Both the position numbers and the translations under genes were made by a program. Source: a virus (lineage: Duplodnaviria; Caudoviricetes). From it: a stretch of DNA of 53,513 bases. A model generated the notes under the pieces. It did not search any database, had not been told where the DNA came from, and saw only the letters and a list, made by a program, of their open reading frames with translations. Of the stretch, positions 1 through 7,927 are shown piece by piece. Location: positions 1 to 53,513 of IMG/VR virus record IMGVR_UViG_3300025652_000095; one strand, written 5' to 3'. Position 1 is the first letter of the stretch, and each line of letters starts with the position of its first letter.

Positions 1-2
1 TA

Positions 3-617
3 GTAGGCAAGAGTGGGTCAGGTAAATCAACATCGTTGAGGAATCTAAATCCACACACAACAGCTGTACTAAACACAGAAAGAAAACAACTTCCGTTCAA
101 AGGAGCGAAAGAATTCAAAAACGTACCAGTTCCTGACTTGAATACATTCAATACAGCTTTTGATAAAGCAGTTAAGTCAAAGGATATAGATACTATTGTA
201 GTAGAATCATTTACCAGCTTGGTAGAAATGATATACAGAGAAGCAGACATCAGGTTTAAAGGCTTTGATGTTTGGTCATTCTACAACAAAGAGATAGATA
301 GAATCCTTAACATGAGTAAGAATACTGATAAGTATGTAGTTTTCTTAGCTATTGACGGAGCTTACGACGGGGAAGATGGAGTACAAGAAAGATTTGTAGC
401 TGTTGATGGTAACCGTTGGAAGAAGCGTGTAGAGAAAGAGTTTGTATGCTGTCTGTTTACAGATAATCACTACGGTGAAGAGCAAGCAAAGTATAGGTTT
501 AGAACACAATCTTCAGGGAAAGACTCAGCTAAGAGTCCGATGGGAATGTTTAAAGAACTGTATGTAGATAACGACCTTGCACAGGTCATAGAAAAGTGCG
601 AAGAGTATTATAACTAA
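3..617 (+). CDS. AAA-family P-loop ATPase (Sak4/AAA_24-like recombination ATPase), 5' truncated by window edge
   Basis: The frame is open from position 3 and reads VGKSGSGKSTSLRNL (Walker A) upstream of the ORF-track TTG at 36. Walker B-like IVVESFT and C-terminal SAKSPMGMF are typical of phage AAA_24 proteins. It is followed by an SSB-like gene. Confidence 0.85.
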   Translation, partial: VGKSGSGKSTSLRNLNPHTTAVLNTERKQLPFKGAKEFKNVPVPDLNTFNTAFDKAVKSKDIDTIVVESFTSLVEMIYREADIRFKGFDVWSFYNKEIDRILNMSKNTDKYVVFLAIDGAYDGEDGVQERFVAVDGNRWKKRVEKEFVCCLFTDNHYGEEQAKYRFRTQSSGKDSAKSPMGMFKELYVDNDLAQVIEKCEEYYN

Positions 618-634
618 TCTTTAAATCAAAACAA

Positions 635-1186
635 ATGTTTAAGAATTTAGAACAAGTAGAAGTAACAGCTCAACAGAGTTACTTGAAAGAGGGTGTCCAT
701 AAAGTAAAAGTTATGGAAGTAAAATCTTCAGAGCAAAGAGAAGGGTATACGGGTATTCCTTATACAGAGTTTAAGGTAGCAAACAAATCTGGTATTGCAT
801 ACCTAAAGATGAGTGGTGCAGATGAAAGCACTTCAGACGCTGCAAAAGATATTCGTATGAAAATATTCAAACGTTTCTTGATGTCAGCAGGTGCTACAAC
901 ATTTAGTAATCCACCTATCGCATGTAAAGAAGCTGTAGGTAGTGTTATTGAAGTTATACTTGGTAGACGTGAGTATTGGACTAACGACAAAGATACAGGA
1001 GAGCCTGTAATTAAATCTGTAATGGATTACAAAATGTCTGGACCAGAAGGTAGCAACCTTACGTTTGACCAAAACAGACATAACAAGCCATTAAACCCGT
1101 CAGACTCTGCAGCATATAAAGCTGCTCATGAAGCGTTCTTAAACGCTAGTACAGGTGGTGTTGCTGACGATAGTATGCCATTCTAA
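635..1186 (+). CDS. Putative single-stranded DNA-binding protein (DUF669-like)
   Basis: N-terminal YLKEGVHKVKV motif, acidic C-terminal tail ending DDSMPF typical of SSBs, and position directly after the Sak4-like ATPase. Confidence 0.65.
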   Translation: MFKNLEQVEVTAQQSYLKEGVHKVKVMEVKSSEQREGYTGIPYTEFKVANKSGIAYLKMSGADESTSDAAKDIRMKIFKRFLMSAGATTFSNPPIACKEAVGSVIEVILGRREYWTNDKDTGEPVIKSVMDYKMSGPEGSNLTFDQNRHNKPLNPSDSAAYKAAHEAFLNASTGGVADDSMPF

Positions 1187-1194
1187 ATGTAATT

Positions 1195-1219
1195 GCAGGG
1201 GTGTAAAAACCCTTGCTTT
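1195..1219 (+). terminator. Hairpin / probable weak intrinsic terminator after the SSB-like gene
   Basis: GCAGGGGT (1195-1202) pairs with ACCCTTGC (1209-1216) with one G-U pair, followed by TTT. Confidence 0.5.
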
Positions 1220-1222
1220 ACT

Positions 1223-1621
1223 ATGAAGCTTATACACATAGCTAAAGTTGTTAAGGGAAAGATGCACTTTGGAAACAGAGAGCGTCTTGACCAAGACATT
1301 GCTAGATACGAAGATAAGACTGTACAAGTTACTGTATCGGAGTACAAACCTAAAAGAAGCAATCAATTGAATCAATATTATTGGGGAGTTGTAGTAAAGA
1401 TTATATCCGACTATACAGGATATACTAAAGAAGAAACTCACGAGCTATTGAAACAAACATTTCTTAAGAAGAAGATAGAGGTTGACAATGAGTGGTACGA
1501 TACAACAGAAAGCACTACCAAGTTATCTAACAAAGACATGTTAGATTTTATCGAGAAAGTAAAGCAATGGGCAGCTCAAACATTTCACTTATATATACCA
1601 GACCCGCATGAGAAAGGATGA
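1223..1621 (+). CDS. NinB/Orf-like recombination protein
   Basis: KRSNQLNQYYWGVV, HELLK and ESTTKLS...M..FIE motifs of the NinB family. ATG at 1223 is preferred over TTG 1193 because the longer start would run through the hairpin. Confidence 0.75.
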   Translation: MKLIHIAKVVKGKMHFGNRERLDQDIARYEDKTVQVTVSEYKPKRSNQLNQYYWGVVVKIISDYTGYTKEETHELLKQTFLKKKIEVDNEWYDTTESTTKLSNKDMLDFIEKVKQWAAQTFHLYIPDPHEKG

Positions 1622-2000
1622 AATATACATACCCTTTAACGTACCGTCAAGCAAAAACAGTAAACAGTGGACAGGTAAATACCTGATAAACAGCAAGACG
1701 ACAAGAGAGTATATAAAAAACACAAAGAAGTTTTACCAGGAAAAAAAAGATAAGTTCCTGAAACTTACAGAAGGTTTAGAAAAACCATACACAGTATCAT
1801 TCTACTTTATACGAGACAGTAAAAGAAAGTTTGATTACATCAACCCAGCCCAAACAGTTCAAGACCTTATGGTTAAGAACGAATGGATAGAGGATGATGA
1901 CATACATAACCTCATACCACACTTTACAGGGTATGTTGTAGATAAAGAAAGAGCAGGAGTAATCATTAAAGTTTTAAAAAATGAAAAAAGAAACACATAA
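1608..2000 (+). CDS. RusA-like Holliday junction resolvase
   Basis: VPSSKNS N-terminal motif, R..D..N...TVQDLM...WIEDDD acidic catalytic pattern, 130 aa. Confidence 0.75.
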   Translation: MRKDEIYIPFNVPSSKNSKQWTGKYLINSKTTREYIKNTKKFYQEKKDKFLKLTEGLEKPYTVSFYFIRDSKRKFDYINPAQTVQDLMVKNEWIEDDDIHNLIPHFTGYVVDKERAGVIIKVLKNEKRNT

Positions 2001-2214
2001 GTCAAGACTATTAAAGTACTTACAAGAGTACAAGAGTATAACCTCATTAGAAGCTATTAGAGACCTTGGTAATACAAGGCTATCCGCATCTATATTTTTA
2101 CTAAAAGCAGACGGAGTAAAGATAGATAAAGAAAATGCACGAGTGGCTACCAGGTGGACTAACAAAGATGGTAGCAAAAAGATGACTAACGTAGCAAAGT
2201 ATGTGTTATGTTAG
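1981..2214 (+). CDS. Small winged helix-turn-helix DNA-binding protein
   Basis: SITSLEAIRDLGNTRLSASIFLLK is a common phage HTH pattern, followed by VAKY in a wing-like segment. Confidence 0.7.
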   Translation: MKKETHKSRLLKYLQEYKSITSLEAIRDLGNTRLSASIFLLKADGVKIDKENARVATRWTNKDGSKKMTNVAKYVLC

Positions 2215-2981
2215 AAAACAATAACATTATTACAGACGATAATTACTTTGATGATAAAGAGTATATATCAGCTAGTATGGTAAAGCAGGCTCTACAAGGG
2301 AGCAAGAAGCAGTTTGATTTTGCTATGTCACAAAACATAGAGAGTGAAGCGTTCTTAGTAGGGTCTGCGTTCCATGCTATGATGCTTGAACCTGAAGAGT
2401 ACAAGAAGTTATATGCATTTGAGCCAGCTATGGATAAAAGAACCAAAGCAGGTAAAGAGTATATAGCAGAATGGAAAGAACAGAATCAAGACGTACCTAA
2501 CCACCTACCAGGTAAGAGTGAGAACATGTTGCTAGGTATGCAGGAAAGCTTAAGCAGACATCCTATATACAGTAAGTTAGTACATGAGGGTGGTGAAAGA
2601 GAAGTTATAAAGTTATTTGAGCTTGAAGGTGTAAAATGTAAAGCTAAAGTAGACTACTATGACCCTAAAGAAAATTACATAGTTGATATAAAGACATGTA
2701 AAAGTATAGACATAGAAGCTATAGCAGAAAGCATAAAGAACTTTAAGTATGGGATACAAGCAGCGTTCTATCTTGACGGACTTAAAGCTCATAAGTTTTA
2801 CTTTGCTTTTATAGAAAAGAAAGCTCCATACGACGTAGTGGTTGTAGACTTTGTTACAGGAATGGACGACAGTAGAATAGCATACCAGAATGGTATAGCT
2901 AATATACAATCGTTTAGAAAGATGGACCAAGATGGTGTGCAAGACATGTACACTGCATTTAACAACATAATCAAATTTTAA
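2208..2981 (+). CDS. PD-(D/E)XK exonuclease, RecE/exonuclease VIII-like (DUF3799-like)
   Basis: ISASMVK, GSAFHAMMLEP, DKRTKAGKE, CKAKVD...IVDIKT and Y.IQAAFY motifs. Confidence 0.85.
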   Translation: MLENNNIITDDNYFDDKEYISASMVKQALQGSKKQFDFAMSQNIESEAFLVGSAFHAMMLEPEEYKKLYAFEPAMDKRTKAGKEYIAEWKEQNQDVPNHLPGKSENMLLGMQESLSRHPIYSKLVHEGGEREVIKLFELEGVKCKAKVDYYDPKENYIVDIKTCKSIDIEAIAESIKNFKYGIQAAFYLDGLKAHKFYFAFIEKKAPYDVVVVDFVTGMDDSRIAYQNGIANIQSFRKMDQDGVQDMYTAFNNIIKF

Positions 2982-3401
2982 TTGGAAACAGTATTTGTAT
3001 ACGGAACTCTGAAAAGAGCACATGGAAACCATAGACTACTAGCAGGTAGTAAATACATAGGTACAGGACTTACTAAAGATAGGTATATAATGTACGAAGA
3101 TGGTATTCCATACGTGTCTGAATCGTTTTCTTTAACTAATATATCAGGAGAGCTCTACGACGTTAGTAGGGCTACTCTTGATGATTTAGACATGCTAGAA
3201 GGTCATCCTATCTGGTATAAAAGAAAGAAAACTATTATCAAGACAATAGATAAAAACAACAACATAAAACTAATCAATGCATGGTTGTATTTTAATGAAA
3301 TGATACCAGCTCGTGCTAAAATAAATAACATAGGAATATATGGCTACCAAGAAAAATCAAAGTTTATCTCCTTACTACACGAACAAGAAGACCAGGAGTA
3401 A
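2982..3401 (+). CDS. Gamma-glutamylcyclotransferase (GGCT/AIG2-like) family protein
   Basis: VFVYGTLKR...NH, GELY and LDMLEGHP.WY.R motifs. TTG start immediately after the upstream TAA. Confidence 0.85.
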   Translation: METVFVYGTLKRAHGNHRLLAGSKYIGTGLTKDRYIMYEDGIPYVSESFSLTNISGELYDVSRATLDDLDMLEGHPIWYKRKKTIIKTIDKNNNIKLINAWLYFNEMIPARAKINNIGIYGYQEKSKFISLLHEQEDQE

Positions 3402-3567
3402 AATAGACAAATTATTACACAAGAACGCTATACTGCAAAGTAACTTAGGTATAGATAGTACAAAAAAAGATAAAGAAAAAGCGCATGGAGAAACAAAAGA
3501 AATCTACAATAAAATTAAAACCTTGGACACCGAATTTGCAGAAAATTCATTCCCTGAATATAAGTGA
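3340..3567 (+). CDS. Hypothetical protein
   Basis: 75-aa ORF with ATG start, same strand and codon style as the operon. Confidence 0.6.
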   Translation: MATKKNQSLSPYYTNKKTRSKIDKLLHKNAILQSNLGIDSTKKDKEKAHGETKEIYNKIKTLDTEFAENSFPEYK

Positions 3568-3994
3568 GCTTAACAAAACTATTTTAAGTAATGTGTTTTC
3601 AAGAGCATACTTACACATGTCTATAGATTCTGATATGATAGACAGTAGAAAAAGAGCTATGGTCAACACAAACATAGTTATTGCTTCAGTTGTACATGAT
3701 TACTTTAAATTTACTTTAAGTCAAATAGGTAAGATGTTTGGTAAACACCACGCAACAATAATTCACTACGTTAAAGTGTATGAAGAAACTTTATGCATGG
3801 AAAAAGATAGTGTTGAATTATATAACAAGCTAGCTGAGTATTGTAGGTTTGAGCTGTACGGAGAGAAAGGAGAAGACTACAGTATTAGTGGGCAGAATTA
3901 TGCAGAGCTTACTGAAACATGCAGAGTATTAATCTCTCGTAATAAACAGCTTAACCAAAAGATAGAAAACATTAAGGAGGTATTGAATGTATAA
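3485..3994 (+). CDS. Protein with DnaA C-terminal-like HTH domain and C-terminal coiled coil
   Basis: SRKR...TLSQIGKMFGKHHATIIHYVK resembles the DnaA domain IV signature (SL.EIG..FG.RDHTTV.H). The true start may be downstream. Confidence 0.65.
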   Translation: MEKQKKSTIKLKPWTPNLQKIHSLNISELNKTILSNVFSRAYLHMSIDSDMIDSRKRAMVNTNIVIASVVHDYFKFTLSQIGKMFGKHHATIIHYVKVYEETLCMEKDSVELYNKLAEYCRFELYGEKGEDYSISGQNYAELTETCRVLISRNKQLNQKIENIKEVLNV

Positions 3995-4274
3995 AATGCC
4001 TATATGTTTCAACAAGGTTACTTACGAAGTAAGGTATTACGGTAAACGCAAAGGAGAGAAAGTTCTAATAAATAAACCATACAAAAAAACCACAAGAGAA
4101 GTTTGTATAGGAAACACATTAGAGCTGCTAAACGATTCTAGGTATAATGCAAACTTGATGACAAGATTAAAGTCTGATAATCAAAAATCACAAGGATGTG
4201 AAATAAAAATTATATCTTTGGAACAGATAGCCCAATGCGGTTACACTCAACCTAGATTTAAACATGAAGAGTAA
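3987..4274 (+). CDS. Hypothetical protein
   Basis: 95-aa ORF overlapping neighbours in a coupled arrangement. Confidence 0.6.
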   Translation: MYKMPICFNKVTYEVRYYGKRKGEKVLINKPYKKTTREVCIGNTLELLNDSRYNANLMTRLKSDNQKSQGCEIKIISLEQIAQCGYTQPRFKHEE

Positions 4275-4461
4275 ACTAACAGAACAAGAGCAGCAAATAG
4301 TGAACGCTGTATCAGACATGCACGCTAATAGCGGTACAGGACTGAATAAGACTCAAAGAATACTTAGAAAGAAGTTTAACATCATTGTATCTCAACGTGA
4401 TATACAAAGAAGGTTAGATGGCTTAAACTCAAAGAGAGAGCAAGCTAGTAATGTAGGGTGA
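4264..4461 (+). CDS. Hypothetical protein (possible HTH)
   Basis: 65-aa ORF; its last codons overlap the 5' end of the tRNA-like gene. Confidence 0.55.
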   Translation: MKSKLTEQEQQIVNAVSDMHANSGTGLNKTQRILRKKFNIIVSQRDIQRRLDGLNSKREQASNVG

Positions 4462-4598
4462 TGAAACTGGCAGACATGCCCTCCTGTCTCGAGGGTGTAG
4501 ATAAAGGAATAAACTTTAGGATAGCGGGTTGACCACCATTGTGCACAACTTGTCCTATAGCTAACCTCTACGTGGAAGTTCGACTCTTCCCCCTACAG
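4452..4598 (+). tRNA. Atypical tRNA-like gene, anticodon GUC (Asp), class II-type D arm and 78-nt variable region
   Basis: Acceptor TGTAGGG/CCCTACA, discriminator G. D arm ATG-AAACTGGCAGA-CAT. Anticodon arm CCCTC-CTGTCTC-GAGGG. T arm GGAAG-TTCGACT-CTTCC. Insert 4496-4573 is closed by GTAGA/TCTAC. No encoded CCA. Confidence 0.8.
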
Positions 4599-4611
4599 CA
4601 AATCATTATAC

Positions 4612-4746
4612 ATGAAAGGTATTATACAAGAAGCTATACAAAAAGCTAAACTTAAAAAGCATGGGCTACGGATAGTCCAAAGATATTTATCAATCAAGTA
4701 CAAGCTTAACATAAGCTTACGTGCTTTAAAAAAAAGAACAAAGTAA
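4612..4746 (+). CDS. Small basic hypothetical protein (44 aa, below ORF-track cutoff)
   Basis: Hand translation MKGIIQEAIQKAKLKKHGLRIVQRYLSIKYKLNISLRALKKRTK; stop overlaps next ATG (TAATG). Confidence 0.6.
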   Translation: MKGIIQEAIQKAKLKKHGLRIVQRYLSIKYKLNISLRALKKRTK

Positions 4747-4892
4747 TGTTAACAGAAAAAACAGCAGAACAACTAAAGAACGAAGAAGTCGCTAGAGAAA
4801 CATGGGACTCATGGATAGTAGACTTAGAAGACAAAGACCAACCAGACGCTTGCAGTATAGATGATGAAGACTGCGAAGCATGCGGAAGTTAA
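4746..4892 (+). CDS. 48-aa acidic peptide ending in an RNR alpha-subunit-like C-terminal CxxC tail
   Basis: Hand translation MLTEKTAEQLKNEEVARETWDSWIVDLEDKDQPDACSIDDEDCEACGS; translationally coupled to the upstream ORF. Confidence 0.75.
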   Translation: MLTEKTAEQLKNEEVARETWDSWIVDLEDKDQPDACSIDDEDCEACGS

Positions 4893-4893
4893 A

Positions 4894-5030
4894 AGTAAAG
4901 TGAGCACCATACTTGAGTTGGGCAAAACAAGTCCTGCCCTAGGAAGCAGGCAAAATTTCTAACGGGATTTAGAAATCAACACGTGAGAATCAGGGGGAGG
5001 CTGTGGGAGTTTCCCTCTGTTATCACTACT
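4894..5030 (+). ncRNA. Candidate structured non-coding RNA (multi-hairpin)
   Basis: Four hairpins: ACTTG/CAAGT, CCTGC/GCAGG, ATTTCTAA/TTAGAAAT, CAGGGGGAGGCT/AGTTTCCCTCTG. Possible closing helix AGTGA/TCACT. GC-richer than its flanks. Confidence 0.45.
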
Positions 5031-5042
5031 AAAGAAAAAGCA

Positions 5043-5258
5043 ATGGAAAAACATATTTCACAAAAACTACTAGAACAATATGCAGAGTGGTTTCATGCAG
5101 AAAAGCAAGACAAACAGTTTGGAGACAGACAAGAAGAACCAACCATTCAAGAGTTTATAACGCACTACGCGATAACAGAAGATGTAAATGATTTTATAAG
5201 AGCTACAGAAGCTCTAAACAACATAGGGCAATACATTCAGTTAGATGGTGAATCATAA
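5043..5258 (+). CDS. Hypothetical protein
   Basis: ATG at 5043 after A-rich leader AAAGAAAAAGCA. The ORF-track GTG at 4983 would run through the hairpin region. Confidence 0.6.
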   Translation: MEKHISQKLLEQYAEWFHAEKQDKQFGDRQEEPTIQEFITHYAITEDVNDFIRATEALNNIGQYIQLDGES

Positions 5259-5511
5259 GAAAGTATATATAACCTTCTTTAATTTAGACACATCTGACCA
5301 CATTCTGTGTACCAGTTGTGGGCAGCCTGCTGTAGACATTCATCATATACATGCGAGGGGAATGGGTGGTTCGAGTAAAGACTACATAGAAAACCTTGCA
5401 GCACTGTGTAGGAGTTGTCACGATAAGGCTGAGTCAAGCGCATACTTTAATAAACAAGTTAAGGTTAAACACTTACAGAAAGTTCTGTATAAGTTAGAAT
5501 CAGAGATTTAA
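5245..5511 (+). CDS. HNH endonuclease
   Basis: CTSC...DIHHIH.RGMGG...ENLAALCRSCH Zn-binding HNH signature. Confidence 0.85.
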   Translation: MVNHKKVYITFFNLDTSDHILCTSCGQPAVDIHHIHARGMGGSSKDYIENLAALCRSCHDKAESSAYFNKQVKVKHLQKVLYKLESEI

Positions 5512-5691
5512 ATCTTCTTCATCACTTACGTTCTGCACTACTGCAATATATATAAAAGGTACATACATGTGTAGCTCGTAAGCTTGATGAACTTCATTAG
5601 CTTCAAAAGTACGAAAGCCTAGTAATACACCCCAGTAAACACCAAGTTCCAAGGTAGTTCTTCCGTATATTATTTGTATTAATTCCTGCAT
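5500..5691 (-). CDS. Hypothetical protein
   Basis: 63-aa ORF coupled to phoH (TAATG overlap); last gene of the minus-strand block. Confidence 0.6.
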   Translation of the reverse strand: MQELIQIIYGRTTLELGVYWGVLLGFRTFEANEVHQAYELHMYVPFIYIAVVQNVSDEEDLNL

Positions 5692-6347
5692 TAGTATGTA
5701 GTTAGTAAATTTAGTACATCATCAATAGCCTTATGTCTATGGTTATCTTCAAGGATAATCTTATAAACGTAAGAGCTATCTTTTATTTTAGATACATCAT
5801 GTATTGCAGAGTAGTTAACGTCTTTTAGGTCAACTTGCTGATTGTCTCCGCAGAATATCATTATAGAGTTCTTTCCTAATCTACCCAAAGCCATTCTGAA
5901 CTGTGACTTAGTAAGGTTTTGAAACTCATCTATAATAACTACAGAGTTTTCAAAAGTTCTACCCCTAAAGTGAGACAAAGAAACAAGCTCTACCTCACCA
6001 AGTTCCACCATTTTATCTATCTTACTTTCTTTGTTGTATACCTTTCTCATGTTAGACATGATGGGTACTAACCAAGGTTCTAGCTTTTCCTTTTCTGTTC
6101 CTGGCAAAAAACCGTTGTCTTCTGTTGCAATAGTCGGCCTAGTAATAACTATCTTGTTATACTGACGTTTAAAGAATTGGTCAAGTGCAATCTGTACTGC
6201 TAGTAGCGTCTTACCACTACCTGCCTTACCTACTACAAAACTATATGCGTGATTTAGTATCTCGCTCTTAGCTGACTTCTGCTCATCAGATAGTGTTATG
6301 TTAAATTTAACACTACTCTTCGGAGGCTTCTTTTGTTTGTTTTCCAT
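5691..6347 (-). CDS. phoH: PhoH-family ATPase
   Basis: GKAGSGKT Walker A, ITRP, GFLPG, RGRTF, IIDEFQN, RLG, GD..Q.D and HRH motifs. Confidence 0.95.
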   Translation of the reverse strand: MENKQKKPPKSSVKFNITLSDEQKSAKSEILNHAYSFVVGKAGSGKTLLAVQIALDQFFKRQYNKIVITRPTIATEDNGFLPGTEKEKLEPWLVPIMSNMRKVYNKESKIDKMVELGEVELVSLSHFRGRTFENSVVIIDEFQNLTKSQFRMALGRLGKNSIMIFCGDNQQVDLKDVNYSAIHDVSKIKDSSYVYKIILEDNHRHKAIDDVLNLLTTY

Positions 6348-7710
6348 TCTTTACAGGAACGTTATAATAATATTCACACTGCATACCGTTGGTCTTATGC
6401 CATACAAATGCGTGCGCTCGTTTAATCGTGGACATATATCCACTATCATCATGCCATTGGTCAGTTGGCGACATGCTTCCGAGATGCCTCACAGCAATTC
6501 CGTTAAGTTCTTCAACTTGACCCATTATACTTGTTTTAAGGCTATGTAGATGCCCTCTGTGGACTTCAATGTGCCTTACACTACTCCAAACCTCTCTAAA
6601 CCTTTGAGAGATGACAGACGCAAGATTCTTGTAGTTCTTCACTCTGTTACCATGGTCAAAGATAAGTAAACATTCACCGTACTTATAACCTTTCATTAAG
6701 GGCCTACTATTGTCTACAGTAATATGCTCAGTAGTTTCATACAATGCTTCTAATGCGTCTCCCATGTGCATCATAGACTCTTCGTCATGATTACCTGGAA
6801 TAACAACAACCCGCACAGGAGCAGCAGCAGCTAAAGCGTTTATACACTCTACTAGAAGTTTACGACCAAAGCGATAAGCTTCGTATGTAGAAACTGTATT
6901 AGATTGTGGTGTTCCAGCTGTAGTGGATGTAAAAGGATTAGTTCTGTCTGCGTTCAGGAAGTCATTACCAACTACAAAGACTATTTCTTCGATTCTAAAT
7001 CCTCTTGCTCTTTCAAAAAGGGAACGAAGAGCAGAATGAAGCCTTTCCCTAGCCAGAGCCAAAGAGTAACCATCAGTATCAATACCCAACTTACCAAGAT
7101 GCAAGTCGTATGCCCCAATTTCGAGCAAATAGCCTTCCTCACCCGCCTGTTTAGGCTTAAAATCTGGCTTAATAGAGTATGTACTGAATGCTTCAAATAA
7201 ATCTTGTTTTAAATCTTCTTTTAATTTACTTAAATTATTCCAGATGTTTATCTTCTTAAACTTAGCCTTAGTTCTATACATAGTAACTGTTACAGGCTTT
7301 CTGTCATTATCAAATCCAGTTACCTCGTATGTACCAATATCGAACCAGTCTACCTCCCAAGTTTCAAGGTCTACTTTACAATTATTTATTAAGTCGTCTA
7401 GAGATTTTACTCTGTTACTGTCTTCAACAGATATAGTCAATGAGTTTTTTTTCTCATTAGTAACTACTTTCTCATTCGGTATCTCCGATGATGAGTACGA
7501 CGCTACTTTTACTTCTTCGTCAAATGCTGCTCTTAACATTCTTGCTTTACTACGTACAGCTTCATAAGTGGTATTAAATAAAGCTGCTGTCTCTGCGTAA
7601 TCTTTACGCAACTTCTCAGGATTTTTTAATAGATAATCCTTTAGTTTTTCATTTTTTTCCACGATTTCTTGCTCTGTTTTTAGTTTGACTTTCTTTGACA
7701 AACCCACCAT
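6313..7710 (-). CDS. Calcineurin-like metallophosphoesterase with N-terminal extension
   Basis: DLHLGK, GNDF, GNHD, DHG and GHLH metal-binding motifs. The start may be a GTG near 7662. Confidence 0.85.
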   Translation of the reverse strand: MVGLSKKVKLKTEQEIVEKNEKLKDYLLKNPEKLRKDYAETAALFNTTYEAVRSKARMLRAAFDEEVKVASYSSSEIPNEKVVTNEKKNSLTISVEDSNRVKSLDDLINNCKVDLETWEVDWFDIGTYEVTGFDNDRKPVTVTMYRTKAKFKKINIWNNLSKLKEDLKQDLFEAFSTYSIKPDFKPKQAGEEGYLLEIGAYDLHLGKLGIDTDGYSLALARERLHSALRSLFERARGFRIEEIVFVVGNDFLNADRTNPFTSTTAGTPQSNTVSTYEAYRFGRKLLVECINALAAAAPVRVVVIPGNHDEESMMHMGDALEALYETTEHITVDNSRPLMKGYKYGECLLIFDHGNRVKNYKNLASVISQRFREVWSSVRHIEVHRGHLHSLKTSIMGQVEELNGIAVRHLGSMSPTDQWHDDSGYMSTIKRAHAFVWHKTNGMQCEYYYNVPVKNGKQTKEASEE

Positions 7711-7927
7711 TCTTTTTGTGGGACATATCTTTATTGTCTTTATTACCGTAAGTGCCTGCTTTACGGTTTTTAGCGTTTAATTCCGCTCTATATTTCTTAC
7801 GTTCAGGTGTAGAATGATATTTCTTGTCATAGTCTTGCTTTTTTTTACGTGCTTTAGGGTTTGCAGCGTAGTATTTTGCACTTCTGCTTTTTCCTTTCCC
7901 CTTACCAGCTAAAGTATTTCTAGACAT
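7649..7927 (-). CDS. Small highly basic hypothetical protein
   Basis: 92 aa, K/R-rich; C-terminal D.SH.K...ESQTKNRARN is reminiscent of degenerate HNH-like phage proteins. Confidence 0.65.
   Translation of the reverse strand: MSRNTLAGKGKGKSRSAKYYAANPKARKKKQDYDKKYHSTPERKKYRAELNAKNRKAGTYGNKDNKDMSHKKNGGFVKESQTKNRARNRGKK

Noticed and set aside
1193-1222. TTG start at 1193 for the NinB-like gene
   Set aside because: The extension runs through a terminator-like hairpin; ATG at 1223 is more plausible.
4496-4573. Group I intron or tmRNA interpretation of the tRNA insert
   Set aside because: Only 78 nt, located in the variable arm rather than the anticodon loop, with no P/Q/R/S core. D and anticodon arms are intact, unlike tmRNA, and there is no convincing tag ORF.
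4983-5042. GTG-start extension of the 4983-5258 ORF
   Set aside because: It overlaps the 12-bp GC-rich hairpin; ATG at 5043 has a typical A-rich leader.
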